NCBI GenBank assembly: GCA_963825055.1
Contig: CAWGSK010000013.1
Coordinates: forward strand, 73,399 to 137,398
Reading direction: 5' to 3'
Length of the DNA stretch: 64,000 nt
DNA from: an uncultured Gemmatimonadales bacterium
GTDB taxonomy: Bacteria; Gemmatimonadota; Gemmatimonadetes; Gemmatimonadales; GWC2-71-9
Shown here: positions 10,832 through 20,140 of the stretch, piece by piece
How positions within the stretch are numbered: position 1 is the first letter of the stretch
Layout of the letters: the number at the start of each line of letters is the position of its first letter
Made by a program: the position numbers and the translations under genes
The notes under the pieces: generated by a model
Told to the model about the DNA's origin: nothing
Database searches by the model: none
What the model saw: the letters and a program-made list of their open reading frames with translations, nothing else

Positions 10832-11914
10832 CTACCCCTCCGACTGCCGGGGGCGCCGCCCGAAGGTCATGAGTCGACGCAGTCGCCACGTATGGCGCCC
10901 GACTGGATGCTCGGCGAGCTCACGCCAGCGCGCTGACGGGCGCGCCGGCCAGAACCGGGACGCGACACCATGCATCCACGCCGAGGGCGCATGCTGGAGC
11001 GCGAGTTGCGCGGCGATCGGTGCCCGTGCCCGGCGACGCTCGAGCCAGGTGCGGGTGCCCATCCATCGGCGAAGCGGGGCCTGGGTCCAGCCGCCCGGGC
11101 CGCGGATCCGTTCCGGGAGGCCGAGGCGCCGGAGATCGTCAGCGAGAATGGCGCCGAGGGGATGGTCGATCTCGGTGTCGCCGAGATGCAGGAGTACGTC
11201 GAGGAGGAGGATGGCCTGCCAGCCCCCGTGGCGGATGTAGTGCCGGATCAGCAGCTCGAGCTCGTGCGCCGGCGACGGAATCCACATCCCTTCGCCCCAC
11301 GCCCGCCGGTGGGCGAGCATTTCGGCGGTCCCGGGAGACCCGGCCGAGGGCGGCTCGATCCGCCAGTGCACTTCGAGGATGTCATCCCAGCCGGGGATAT
11401 ACGGACGCTGGAACCTGACATGGAACAACTCGCGCGACGGGGACGACCACGGCGAGTAGCCCCGGTCGGTCAGGAAGCGGGTGACCTCCTCCACCGATGC
11501 CCACGGGACGAGAACATCGAGGTCGCGCGAAGGACGGATGGCACCGGAGCCGTACAGGCGCTCGGCCATCGGCGGGCCCTTCATGACCAGCCACGGAACT
11601 CCGGCGCCCTCGAGCAGGTCACGCATCTCGGTGAGCTGCGCGGCCCCGCGCTCCGCGGCGAACCCCGCCAGCCCGACCGCCCGGGCGATGTTGCGGTACG
11701 GTGTCTCCGGGAGGGAACGCAGGTCGGGACCGAGCAGTTGCGCGGCCAGGGGCGCCAGGCGGCTCACCTCGACGTCCACCGCGCCCGCTGCCCACTCCGC
11801 CGGTTCGGGCGAAGCAGCCGGGAGGCCCAGGGCGCGGTGAAGCGTCCAGACGAGGAACGGGTGTTCCCTCTTCAGTGGGCGGCGGCGGCCAGGCAACGTG
11901 CGATCTCCTCCCAT
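10832..11914 (-). CDS. Uncharacterised nucleotidyltransferase (NTP_transf_5-like), RiPP-cluster associated
   Basis: 360 aa; VMKGPPMAERLYG...RPSRDLDVLVP...HWRIEP pattern of the PF14907-type family (from memory). Overlaps the kinase gene by 43 bp. Confidence 0.65.
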   Translation of the reverse strand: MGGDRTLPGRRRPLKREHPFLVWTLHRALGLPAASPEPAEWAAGAVDVEVSRLAPLAAQLLGPDLRSLPETPYRNIARAVGLAGFAAERGAAQLTEMRDLLEGAGVPWLVMKGPPMAERLYGSGAIRPSRDLDVLVPWASVEEVTRFLTDRGYSPWSSPSRELFHVRFQRPYIPGWDDILEVHWRIEPPSAGSPGTAEMLAHRRAWGEGMWIPSPAHELELLIRHYIRHGGWQAILLLDVLLHLGDTEIDHPLGAILADDLRRLGLPERIRGPGGWTQAPLRRWMGTRTWLERRRARAPIAAQLALQHAPSAWMHGVASRFWPARPSARWRELAEHPVGRHTWRLRRLMTFGRRPRQSEG

Positions 11915-12738
11915 GCGTTCGACATCTGCTCCAGGTTCCCGGGCACGGTCAATCGCCAGACGGGCACGGCGGCGGCGAGCCCCCCGACCAGGTCGTGCCA
12001 GGCCGGGGTGGGCTCGGACTCCAGCCAGGAGAGGAATCCAGCATCAACCATGCCGGGGAGACGTGCAACCCCGCGCAGGGCTTCACACTGGACCTTCGAG
12101 CCCCTCTGGAGCAGGAACAGGCCGCGGAGGAGGCCCGGTTCCCCGGCCGGGAGGTCGTACCATCCCCGGCCGTCGGGAAGGACGAGCCTGGGCGACCAGT
12201 CCTGCGGGGCGAGCTCGGGGGGAACCCGCAGCGACCCCGGCAGAGGCAGGATCCCCGCTTTTCCGTCCAGGGCAAGGAGGTCATCCCCCCGGACAGGCCA
12301 GCCGTGTCTCGTGGCCAGCCCCGCGAGGGAGGACTTCCCACGCCCGGACGGGCCGGCGATCGCCACTGTCCCTCCCGGGGTTTCGAGCCCAGCCGCATGG
12401 AGCGGGTAGCATCCAGCGGTGGCGATGGTGAACGCCGTCAGCGGCCCGGTGAGCCGGGTCAGGTGCGCCGGCGAATGTGGATCATGGCCGGGGTCAATAC
12501 TGAACCGGAGTCCGCCATCGAGACGGACCTGGTATCCGCACCCGTCCGGGTACCGCAGACCCCATCCATCCGGAAGGCGCCAGACCGCGGAGCGCCCCTG
12601 CGGCGTATCCGCATGGCGAACCGCCCGAGGATCCGGTGCGACGGCAGAACGCTCGATGATCGGAAGGGGGAGCCCAAGCGCCGCGGAAAGCGCGCACCAC
12701 GCCGCCGACGGATCGGGCGGCGACGGGGCGAGAGGCAC
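11872..12738 (-). CDS. HPr-kinase-related kinase (HprK-rel-A type), putative RiPP kinase
   Basis: LHAAGLETPGGTVAIAGPSGRGKSSLAGLATRHGWPVRGDDLLAL matches the HprK C-terminal P-loop/GDD arrangement. GTG start lies 9 bp after the peptide stop. Confidence 0.75.
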   Translation of the reverse strand: MPLAPSPPDPSAAWCALSAALGLPLPIIERSAVAPDPRAVRHADTPQGRSAVWRLPDGWGLRYPDGCGYQVRLDGGLRFSIDPGHDPHSPAHLTRLTGPLTAFTIATAGCYPLHAAGLETPGGTVAIAGPSGRGKSSLAGLATRHGWPVRGDDLLALDGKAGILPLPGSLRVPPELAPQDWSPRLVLPDGRGWYDLPAGEPGLLRGLFLLQRGSKVQCEALRGVARLPGMVDAGFLSWLESEPTPAWHDLVGGLAAAVPVWRLTVPGNLEQMSNAWEEIARCLAAAAH

Positions 12739-12746
12739 GGAGGAAA

Positions 12747-12893
12747 TCAGCTGCCGAACGCTCCGTCGCTCACGTTGAGCCCGGCCCCACGGGTCAGGTC
12801 CTGGACCCGGCCCAGCGTTTCGAGCCGGGGGGGCTCGAACTCACGGCGGGGTTCGGGACGTTTGCTGTCAGGAGGACGGGACGTGTCTGTCAT
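12747..12893 (-). CDS. Putative lasso-peptide precursor (48 aa)
   Basis: MTDTSRPPDSKRPEPRREFEPPRLETLGRVQDLTR|GAGLNVSDGAFGS. The leader fits (Y/F)xxPxLxxxGxxxxxTx exactly. The core has Gly1, Asp8 and a C-terminal Ser. A GGTGAGG Shine-Dalgarno-like sequence lies upstream of the ATG at 12893. Confidence 0.6.
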   Translation of the reverse strand: MTDTSRPPDSKRPEPRREFEPPRLETLGRVQDLTRGAGLNVSDGAFGS

Positions 12894-14298
12894 GGGCGAC
12901 CTCACCAGGGGAATGGTGCACTTCCACGAAGTGTAGTATGCCGAGTCCACTCCATTGGGTCAAGAAATCGTCGTGCAGGTCAGCCGGCGTGATCCGCCGC
13001 GGAAGCCACGGGATCTCCAGCTGTTCCTGCAGCCGTTCCCAGTCATCCACCATCGCCTGCGCCTCGGACATCACCCGCTCCCTGATCCAGAGGGAAAGAT
13101 CCGCCTTGTCCACCCGACGGACAACCGGCGAGGGTAGGTGCGGTGCGACGGCCTCGCGGAGCAGGGCGCGTGGGAGCCAGCGCGAACCTACCCGAGGACA
13201 CCGGAACCCGGCGACGGCTTCGATGACCCCTCGATCCAGCATCGGCAGGGCGAGCTCGAGGCCCGCCCGGCGAACGGTGGCCGCGGCCATCCGGGTCCGC
13301 CACGCCAGACGGGGATCAGCAAGCGTGTGACGGAGCGCCGCGTGCCGCCAGCTCCCCGCAGAGGCGGCGGCCCCTCCGTCGAGCCCGAGCCGGGACGGCC
13401 GCATCGCGCTCAGGACACCCCGGCCGAGCGTGCGGAGTGCGCCGGCCCGCCGGCGGGCGAGACGGGCCCGGAGCGCGACGGCCGTACCGGCCAGGATCCG
13501 GCCACTCCTGAACAGGTCCACCTCCAGGCCCCGTTCCGCGAACACCTCATCGCCCCCGACACCCCACGCCATGCCCTGGCACCCCGCGCGCCGGGCCAGC
13601 GCGCCGGTGGCGGCGTGCACGGCCTCCATGGCGTCCACCAGGGGCGAATCTCCCCGGGCCATGGCTGCTGCGGACGCCGGCCAGAGCAGCAGCCCGGCGG
13701 CATTCACGGTTGCGAGTTCAAGGCCGAGGTGCGCGGCGACGGCGTCCTGCCACTCGGACTCGTCGCAAGCCAGGCCGGGAAATCGTGCCGAGACGAGCAA
13801 CGGAAGCGGCGCGGCCTCACGCCTCGCGGCCTCCGCCGCCGCGGCCGCGAGCGCTGACGAATCCAGGCCGCCGCTCAGTGAAACGGCCATCCGGCCCGTC
13901 GCAATCACGTGCCGCTGCATCGCCCCCACGAGCGCCTCCCATACCGATTCCGTTGCATCGCCGGGAACGGGAACGGACCACCACGTCATCGGGGAGCCGT
14001 GGGGCTGGCATTCACGCCCGCCTGGGACACAGGTCACGTCGCGGAAGGGGGACAGCCCGGTGAAGCGTAACGCGGCGAGATCCTCGAGCACGTCGAGGTC
14101 GGGAACGGCGCATGGGGTGAGTCGCGCGAGTCGTGCCGGGTCGAGCGCCAGATGGAGGTGGGGGCCGATGCTGCGCAGGCATGCGAGGGGATATACCGGG
14201 GCGGAACGCACGACCGGCCCCAGGGAACCATCGAGCCATCCGGGGTCCGCGCCTGACGCGAGCCCGGGGTCGTGGAGAACGATCCGGGCGGAGGTCAA
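12868..14298 (-). CDS. Asparagine-synthetase-like protein (lasso cyclase-like), short N-terminal domain
   Basis: 476 aa with the PP-loop motif AVSLSGGLDSSALAAAAA. There is no N-terminal Cys nucleophile. 4-bp overlap with the PqqD-like gene. Confidence 0.8.
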   Translation of the reverse strand: MTSARIVLHDPGLASGADPGWLDGSLGPVVRSAPVYPLACLRSIGPHLHLALDPARLARLTPCAVPDLDVLEDLAALRFTGLSPFRDVTCVPGGRECQPHGSPMTWWSVPVPGDATESVWEALVGAMQRHVIATGRMAVSLSGGLDSSALAAAAAEAARREAAPLPLLVSARFPGLACDESEWQDAVAAHLGLELATVNAAGLLLWPASAAAMARGDSPLVDAMEAVHAATGALARRAGCQGMAWGVGGDEVFAERGLEVDLFRSGRILAGTAVALRARLARRRAGALRTLGRGVLSAMRPSRLGLDGGAAASAGSWRHAALRHTLADPRLAWRTRMAAATVRRAGLELALPMLDRGVIEAVAGFRCPRVGSRWLPRALLREAVAPHLPSPVVRRVDKADLSLWIRERVMSEAQAMVDDWERLQEQLEIPWLPRRITPADLHDDFLTQWSGLGILHFVEVHHSPGEVAHDRHVPSS

Positions 14299-14585
14299 CG
14301 GGGCGCCGCCCGGTGGAGAAGCCCCTGCTCCACCAGGCTACGGACAATGCCGGTCAGCATCTCCCAGCGGGCGTGGCCGTCGACCGGCCACGCCGCCAGG
14401 CCCCGGTCCACCTCGCCCAGGTCCTCGCCACGCGCGAGCGCGGCCCAGACTTCTGCGCCGGACCGGTTCAGGCTGTAGTAGGTCCCGGCATCGAGATCGA
14501 GGAGGACCAGCTCGTCGTCCAGTTCCCGGCTGCGCACCGCGGGAGCCGGCACGAACCGGTCCCCGCGCGCAAGGGGTTCCGGCAT
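14295..14585 (-). CDS. PqqD-family protein (RiPP recognition element, B1-like)
   Basis: 96 aa; RSRELDDELVLLDLDAGTYYSLNRSGAEVWAAL is a typical PqqD/RRE signature. Confidence 0.8.
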   Translation of the reverse strand: MPEPLARGDRFVPAPAVRSRELDDELVLLDLDAGTYYSLNRSGAEVWAALARGEDLGEVDRGLAAWPVDGHARWEMLTGIVRSLVEQGLLHRAAPR

Positions 14586-14589
14586 GATG

Positions 14590-16101
14590 TCAGGGAATCT
14601 GGCCGGTGACGTCCCAGATCATCAAGGCCGGGCTGGAGGGATTCTTCGCGCCGAACACATACACCCGCCCCCCGATGTACCCGAAGGTGGCCGTGTGAAT
14701 CCCTGTCGGGACCATGTAGGACGTGATCCGCGTCGGGCGGAGCGGATCGGCCAGGTCATACAGGTAGATCCCCGAGCCGGTGCCGTTTTCACCGCTGAAG
14801 AGCAGCATCCGGCCATCACGCGACACCTCGACATCGCTGATGGTGATGATGCCGGAGGTGAGGATCGAGTCCGCAAGGGTCGGCGCGCCGGTGGCATCCA
14901 GCTGCCAGATCTTGAGTGCGTTGCCCGAATTCGATGGCCCGCCCGACGCGCGCAGTCTCCAGGTCCCCGTGTAGGCCACTCCGCCGTGCACCCAGAGGTC
15001 GGACGTGAACCGCTCGGGCACGTTGCCACCGCCAGCCACCCTGGAGAGCACCCCGCCGTTCGACGACAGCTGGTAGAGTCCGTTCAGCATGTCCGTGGCG
15101 TAGACCGAGCCGTTGTATTCCTGCACGCCCCAGACGTAGGTGCTGTCAGGATTCGGGGGGAAAAAGCTCAGTACCCTGCTGTTCAGGCTCCCACTCAGGA
15201 CGCCGGAGATATCCAGCGCGAGCACCCCGCCATTGTAGTAGGCGGCATAGAGGATTTCCGCCTGCTCGTCCACCCAGAAGTTGTGCGTGCCGAATCCGCT
15301 GCGATGGAACGTCGCGACCTGGACCGGCTTCCGCAGGTCGGTCACGTCCAGGACGAAAATGTCACCCGACGCCGCGGTACCGATGACGCCCGGACCCTCC
15401 TGTCCGAGGAAGAGGTACTTCTTCTCCCCGGTGTTGGGATTGTGGAACCACCACGAATTGTGCACCGCGCCGCCGCTCACCCCGACCGTACCCGCGAGCA
15501 CGGGGGTCGAGGGACTTCCGCCCACGATACCGTTGCCGACGTCGTAGATCCGCATGCCGCTGTTCCACGCGCTCACGAACGCGAGGCCATCGCGCACGAA
15601 GGTGTCGTGGATGCCGTAGTTGGGCGGGATGGCGACCTGTGCGACAAGGACAGGCCCGGTGGTCCCCACCGACGTGACCGTGAAGCTCACGGCGGTCATG
15701 GTGGCATCGGTATTCGCCAGCGACGGCGCGCTCGCCTGGACCTTGCTGGTCAGGGTTCCCGTGCCAAGGCGCACCGTCATGTATGCCTTCCCGTCGGCCC
15801 CGGTGCTGGACTGGCTCGAGTCGACCGTCGCGTTCCCCGAGGTCACGCTCCACTGGACCGGTACACCGGCGAGCGGCGTGCCGGAGGTGTCGCGCGCCAG
15901 TGCGGCCAGCGGGGTGGGAAGCACTGCTGCTTCCGGACCCTTCTGGTGGTTTCCTCCTCCGATCGACAGCACCTGGCCGCTTCCGGCCGGGGACGGCGGT
16001 TGCGAGGGGTCGTTCGGGCCGGTGGCTGGTGCATCCGACCTGCACGCGGTGACAACCCCGAGCAGGACGAGCGGAAGGAAGGCATGTCGCATTCGTGGCA
16101 C
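14590..16101 (-). CDS. Lipoprotein with Ig-like (Big_2-like) domain and LVIVD/beta-propeller-like repeats
   Basis: Lipobox LLGVVTAC; Ig-like segment GVPVQWSVTSGNATVDS...; repeated hydrophobic-D/G propeller-like blocks. Its stop is 4 bp from the PqqD start. Confidence 0.55.
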   Translation of the reverse strand: MPRMRHAFLPLVLLGVVTACRSDAPATGPNDPSQPPSPAGSGQVLSIGGGNHQKGPEAAVLPTPLAALARDTSGTPLAGVPVQWSVTSGNATVDSSQSSTGADGKAYMTVRLGTGTLTSKVQASAPSLANTDATMTAVSFTVTSVGTTGPVLVAQVAIPPNYGIHDTFVRDGLAFVSAWNSGMRIYDVGNGIVGGSPSTPVLAGTVGVSGGAVHNSWWFHNPNTGEKKYLFLGQEGPGVIGTAASGDIFVLDVTDLRKPVQVATFHRSGFGTHNFWVDEQAEILYAAYYNGGVLALDISGVLSGSLNSRVLSFFPPNPDSTYVWGVQEYNGSVYATDMLNGLYQLSSNGGVLSRVAGGGNVPERFTSDLWVHGGVAYTGTWRLRASGGPSNSGNALKIWQLDATGAPTLADSILTSGIITISDVEVSRDGRMLLFSGENGTGSGIYLYDLADPLRPTRITSYMVPTGIHTATFGYIGGRVYVFGAKNPSSPALMIWDVTGQIP

Positions 16102-16111
16102 GGAAGCCCCG

Positions 16112-17386
16112 TCAGTGGTGAGTCGGTGAGGGCGAGAGCAGGCCGTAACGACCCATGCGGTGCATCGGGCCGCCGGCGGTCAGGCGGACGCCAAGCGTGA
16201 GCGCCTCGAACGACTCCCGGCCATACAGCCCCTCAACCGTAAAGACGCCGCCCCCGACCTTCCGTGCACGCCCGAGGGAGACCTCGCCGAACGGCTCCGC
16301 CGCGAGCCAGGACAGCGGTTCGAAACGAAAGCCATAGCCGACCGTGTGGATGGTCCACCGGCTGGTCCCGAGAATGGAGTTCTCCCGGTGGGGGCGGAGC
16401 GAGCGGAACAGGTCGGCGGTCCGCTCCTCCTCGGGACGCGAGGTACGCTCAAACCGGTACCAGGCCTGGTGCCGGCCCGGGCTCACCGCCGCCTCGACCA
16501 GCACCGTGTGAAAGACGAAGAAGCCGTTGAGCTCCGAGTTGCGGGCCCACTCGGCCATGGCGTACACCGGCACGCCGAGCGCCGGACCCTTCCAGCGCCC
16601 CGAGAGGCTCCACTTGCCCTGGGTGCTGCCCGCCCCCGGGCGATGCTCGGGAGACTTCACCTCCGCGTGCGATCCCTGCAGCTCCAGGCCCGTGACCGGT
16701 TGCACCAGCAGCCTGGCGGACCAGGAGTCCCCGAATCGCTCCAAGCTGGGCCATTGCCCGGGCCGCTCCGGTTCATCGCCGTTGAACAGCCCCGCCTCGA
16801 GCGACAGCGGTCCCAGGCCGACGGCCGCAATCGCGACCGCACGCTCCAGAATCTGGCTCCAGTGGTGGTTCACCGGATACCGGAGCACGGGGCGGTTCAT
16901 CGGGTCGTCCGTCCCGTACGGCGCGAACCCTTTCCCCACCGTAACGGAAGTGTGGAAGGGGCCCTGGCGGTTGCCGAACGGGTCCACGAGGCTCGCCAGC
17001 AGTTCGTGCACGTAGGTGTGCGGGTGGCGGCGGTCGACGAATCCCTCGCCCCAGATGCCGGGATCGAGCTCGCCGCCGGGCATGGTCCAGCCCTCGGCGT
17101 TCCCGGTGGCGGTGAAGCGGAGCCGCCCCCCGAGGACCCCGGCGTGCAGCATGAGGACGGGCTGCACGACCCTGATCTCGTCCAGCGCGCGGCCACCGGG
17201 TATCGGATTGACCCGGGTCCAGGACGGCACGGCCTGGGCCCGCACGCGAAACCAGGCGTCAGGCGCCTGGGCGCTCGCCGGAGGCGACGTCAGGACCAGG
17301 GCCAGAAGTGCGACTGGCAGGCCGGCCGGGTGGGGGCGCGGCAGGAGGGGGGGCATCGTGACTCCGGAGTCCGGGAGGGGCGACAT
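16112..17386 (-). CDS. Hypothetical secreted / outer-membrane beta-barrel-like protein
   Basis: Signal peptide ending PPASAQA and a C-terminal aromatic-rich beta pattern. No family recognised. The start may be the internal M at 17356. Confidence 0.45.
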   Translation of the reverse strand: MSPLPDSGVTMPPLLPRPHPAGLPVALLALVLTSPPASAQAPDAWFRVRAQAVPSWTRVNPIPGGRALDEIRVVQPVLMLHAGVLGGRLRFTATGNAEGWTMPGGELDPGIWGEGFVDRRHPHTYVHELLASLVDPFGNRQGPFHTSVTVGKGFAPYGTDDPMNRPVLRYPVNHHWSQILERAVAIAAVGLGPLSLEAGLFNGDEPERPGQWPSLERFGDSWSARLLVQPVTGLELQGSHAEVKSPEHRPGAGSTQGKWSLSGRWKGPALGVPVYAMAEWARNSELNGFFVFHTVLVEAAVSPGRHQAWYRFERTSRPEEERTADLFRSLRPHRENSILGTSRWTIHTVGYGFRFEPLSWLAAEPFGEVSLGRARKVGGGVFTVEGLYGRESFEALTLGVRLTAGGPMHRMGRYGLLSPSPTHH

Positions 17387-17432
17387 TCCCTCGTTCGGAC
17401 GCCGCGCCGGCCCCGGGTTGCACAGGGCGACG

Positions 17433-18179
17433 TTACCTGGTGGTCACCGACGCCTTGAGGTAGTCCCGGTTCATCCGCGCGATGACGTCCAGCGGGATCA
17501 CTTTCGGACAGGCCGCTGTGCATTCACCATGGTTGGTGCATCCGCCGAAATGTTCCAGGTCCATCCGGGTGATCATCTCCAGGGCACGCCGGTCCCGCTC
17601 CGCCTGGCCGTGGGGCAGCCGGCCGAGGTGCGAGATCTTGGCGCCGGTGAAGAGCATCGCGGAGGCGTTGGGGCAAGCGGCCACGCAGGCACCGCAGCCG
17701 ATGCAGGCCGCGGCGTCCATCGCCTCCTCGGCCACGTCCTTGGGCACCGGGATGGTGTTGGCGTCCGGGGCCGACCCGGTGGAGATGCTGACATAGCCGC
17801 CGGCCTCGATGATCCGGTCCAGCGCGCTCCGGTTCACGACCAGGTCCCGGACGACCGGGAAGGCGCGCGCCCGCCACGGCTCGATGACGATCCGGTCGCC
17901 GTCCCTGAAGCTTCGCATGTGCAGCTGGCAGGTTGCGGTGCCGGGCATCGGGCCATGGGCCATGCCGTTGATCATCATGCCGCAGGAGCCGCAGATCCCC
18001 TCGCGGCAATCGTGGTCGAACGCAATGGGCTCCTCGCCACGCTCGATCAGCCCCTCGTTCACGACGTCGAGCATCTCGAGGAATGACATCTCGGGACTGA
18101 TGTCAGTGGCCTCGTACGTGACCATGCGGCCCTGGTCGCCCGGGCCGGCCTGTCGCCAGACGTGCAGCGTGAGCTTCAT
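17433..18179 (-). CDS. sdhB: Succinate dehydrogenase / fumarate reductase iron-sulfur subunit
   Basis: [23 protein letters not shown] and [12 protein letters not shown] cluster motifs. Confidence 0.95.
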   Translation of the reverse strand: MKLTLHVWRQAGPGDQGRMVTYEATDISPEMSFLEMLDVVNEGLIERGEEPIAFDHDCREGICGSCGMMINGMAHGPMPGTATCQLHMRSFRDGDRIVIEPWRARAFPVVRDLVVNRSALDRIIEAGGYVSISTGSAPDANTIPVPKDVAEEAMDAAACIGCGACVAACPNASAMLFTGAKISHLGRLPHGQAERDRRALEMITRMDLEHFGGCTNHGECTAACPKVIPLDVIARMNRDYLKASVTTR

Positions 18180-18188
18180 GCGTCCGCC

Positions 18189-20102
18189 CTACTTGTAGCT
18201 GCGCTGGGCGAGGGGCACGTACTCGAAGTCGAGCGGCTCCTTTTCCAGCATCGGTTCGCGGTCGTCGCCCTGGTACATCCAGGCGGCGACGTAGGAAAAC
18301 TCGTCGTCCTTCCGTTTGGCCTCCCCGTCGGGAGTCTGGCTCTCGACGCGGAAGTGGCCACCGGCCGACTCGGTCCGGTGCAGCGCGTCCCGGCACATCA
18401 ACTCGCCCAGTTCGAGGAAGTCCGCGACCCGCCCGGCCTTCTCCAGCGACTGGTTGAGGGTCTCGCCACTCCCGAGCACTCGCACGTCGCGCCAGAACTC
18501 GGCGCGGAGGGCCGGGATCTTCTCGAGCGCGGTCCGGAGGCCCGCCTCCGAGCGCGCCATGCCGCAGTACTCCCACATGACGTGCCCGAGTTCGCGGTGG
18601 AAGGCGTCCACCGTCCGGGAGCCGTTGACGTCGAGCAGGCGGTGGACGCGGCCCTCGACGTCCCGCACCGCAGCCGCCGCGGCGTCAGTCTCGGGCCCCA
18701 GGTTGTCCGGCCGGTGCGCAGCGAGGAAGTTGCCGATGGTGTACGGCAGGATGAAGTAGCCGTCGGCCAGTCCCTGCATGAGGGCGCTGGCGCCGAGCCG
18801 GTTGGCGCCGTGGTCGGAGAAGTTTGCCTCGCCGATCACGAACAGGCCGGGAATGGTGCTCTGGAGGTTGTAGTCGACCCAGAGCCCGCCCATGGTGTAG
18901 TGCACCGCGGGGTAGATCCGCATGGGCACTGCGTAGGGGTTTTCCGCGGTGATCCGCTCGTACATCTCGAACAGGTTGCCGTAGCGCTCGGCGATCACGT
19001 CGCGGCCGACCCGGCGGATCGCGTCGCCGAAGTCGAGGTACACGCCCCGCCCGGTCTCCCCCACCCCGCGCCCCTCGTCGCAGACTTCCTTCGCCGCGCG
19101 CGACGCGATGTCCCGCGGCGCGAGGTTCCCGAAGCTGGGGTACTTCCGCTCCAGGTAGTAATCGCGGTCGGACTCCGGGATGGCGGTGGGCGGACGGTGA
19201 TCGTCTGCGCGCTTCGGCACCCAGACCCGGCCGTCGTTCCGGAGCGACTCGCTCATCAGCGTCAGCTTCGACTGGTATTCGCCGGACACCGGGATGCAGG
19301 TGGGATGGATCTGGGTGTAGCACGGGTTCGCGAAGGCGGCGCCGCGCTTGTAGGCGCGCCAGATGGCCGTGGCGTTGCTGCCCTTGGCGTTGGTCGAGAG
19401 GTAGAAGACGTTGCCGTAGCCGCCGGTGCCCAGCACCACGGCGTCGGCCATGTGCACGTCCACCGCCCCCGTCACCAGATTCCGCGTGACAATGCCGCGC
19501 GCCCGGCCGTCCACCACGACCAGGTCCAGCATCTCCGTGCGGGGGAACATCGTCACCTTGCCCGCCCGGATCTGGCGTTCCAGCGCCTGGTAGGCGCCCA
19601 GCAGGAGCTGCTGGCCCGTCTGCCCGCGCGCGTAGAACGTGCGGGAAACCTGGGCGCCGCCGAAGGACCGGTTGGCCAGGGTCCCACCGTACTCGCGGGC
19701 GAACGGCACGCCCTGCGCCACGCACTGGTCGATGATGTTGACGCTGACCTGGGCGAGACGGTACACGTTGGCCTCACGGCTCCGGAAATCCCCCCCCTTC
19801 ACCGTGTCGTAGAACAGGCGGTAGATGCTGTCCCCGTCGTTCTGGTAGTTCTTGGCGGCGTTGATCCCGCCCTGGGCCGCAATGCTGTGGGCGCGACGGG
19901 GGGAGTCCTGGAAGCAGAAGCACTTGACGTTGTAGCCCAGCTCCCCGAGCGTGGCGGCGGCGGACCCGCCCGCCAGCCCGGACCCGACCATGATCACGGT
20001 GTATTTCCGCTTGTTCGCCGGGTTCACCAGCTTCATGTCGAAGCGGTGCTGGTCCCACTTCTCCTGGATCGGGCCTGCGGGAACGTTGCTCTTCAGTGCC
20101 AT
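18189..20102 (-). CDS. sdhA: Succinate dehydrogenase flavoprotein subunit
   Basis: 637 aa; [14 protein letters not shown] motif, [18 protein letters not shown] and HYTMGG motifs. Confidence 0.95.
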   Translation of the reverse strand: MALKSNVPAGPIQEKWDQHRFDMKLVNPANKRKYTVIMVGSGLAGGSAAATLGELGYNVKCFCFQDSPRRAHSIAAQGGINAAKNYQNDGDSIYRLFYDTVKGGDFRSREANVYRLAQVSVNIIDQCVAQGVPFAREYGGTLANRSFGGAQVSRTFYARGQTGQQLLLGAYQALERQIRAGKVTMFPRTEMLDLVVVDGRARGIVTRNLVTGAVDVHMADAVVLGTGGYGNVFYLSTNAKGSNATAIWRAYKRGAAFANPCYTQIHPTCIPVSGEYQSKLTLMSESLRNDGRVWVPKRADDHRPPTAIPESDRDYYLERKYPSFGNLAPRDIASRAAKEVCDEGRGVGETGRGVYLDFGDAIRRVGRDVIAERYGNLFEMYERITAENPYAVPMRIYPAVHYTMGGLWVDYNLQSTIPGLFVIGEANFSDHGANRLGASALMQGLADGYFILPYTIGNFLAAHRPDNLGPETDAAAAAVRDVEGRVHRLLDVNGSRTVDAFHRELGHVMWEYCGMARSEAGLRTALEKIPALRAEFWRDVRVLGSGETLNQSLEKAGRVADFLELGELMCRDALHRTESAGGHFRVESQTPDGEAKRKDDEFSYVAAWMYQGDDREPMLEKEPLDFEYVPLAQRSYK

Positions 20103-20140
20103 GGATCAGCAGCCTCTCTGCGACAACCGGCCGTCCGGCA

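Noticed and set aside
9192-11240. A 682-aa plus-strand ORF, and similar long ORFs at 14584..16200, 18162..20330, 20096..21763, 33954..35516, 35858..37582, 41291..43522 and 46402..48705.
   Set aside because: Each lies antisense to a gene with clear family motifs. Their translations are Arg/Pro/Gly/Ala-rich with no recognisable motifs. They are typical stop-codon-poor shadow frames of high-GC DNA.
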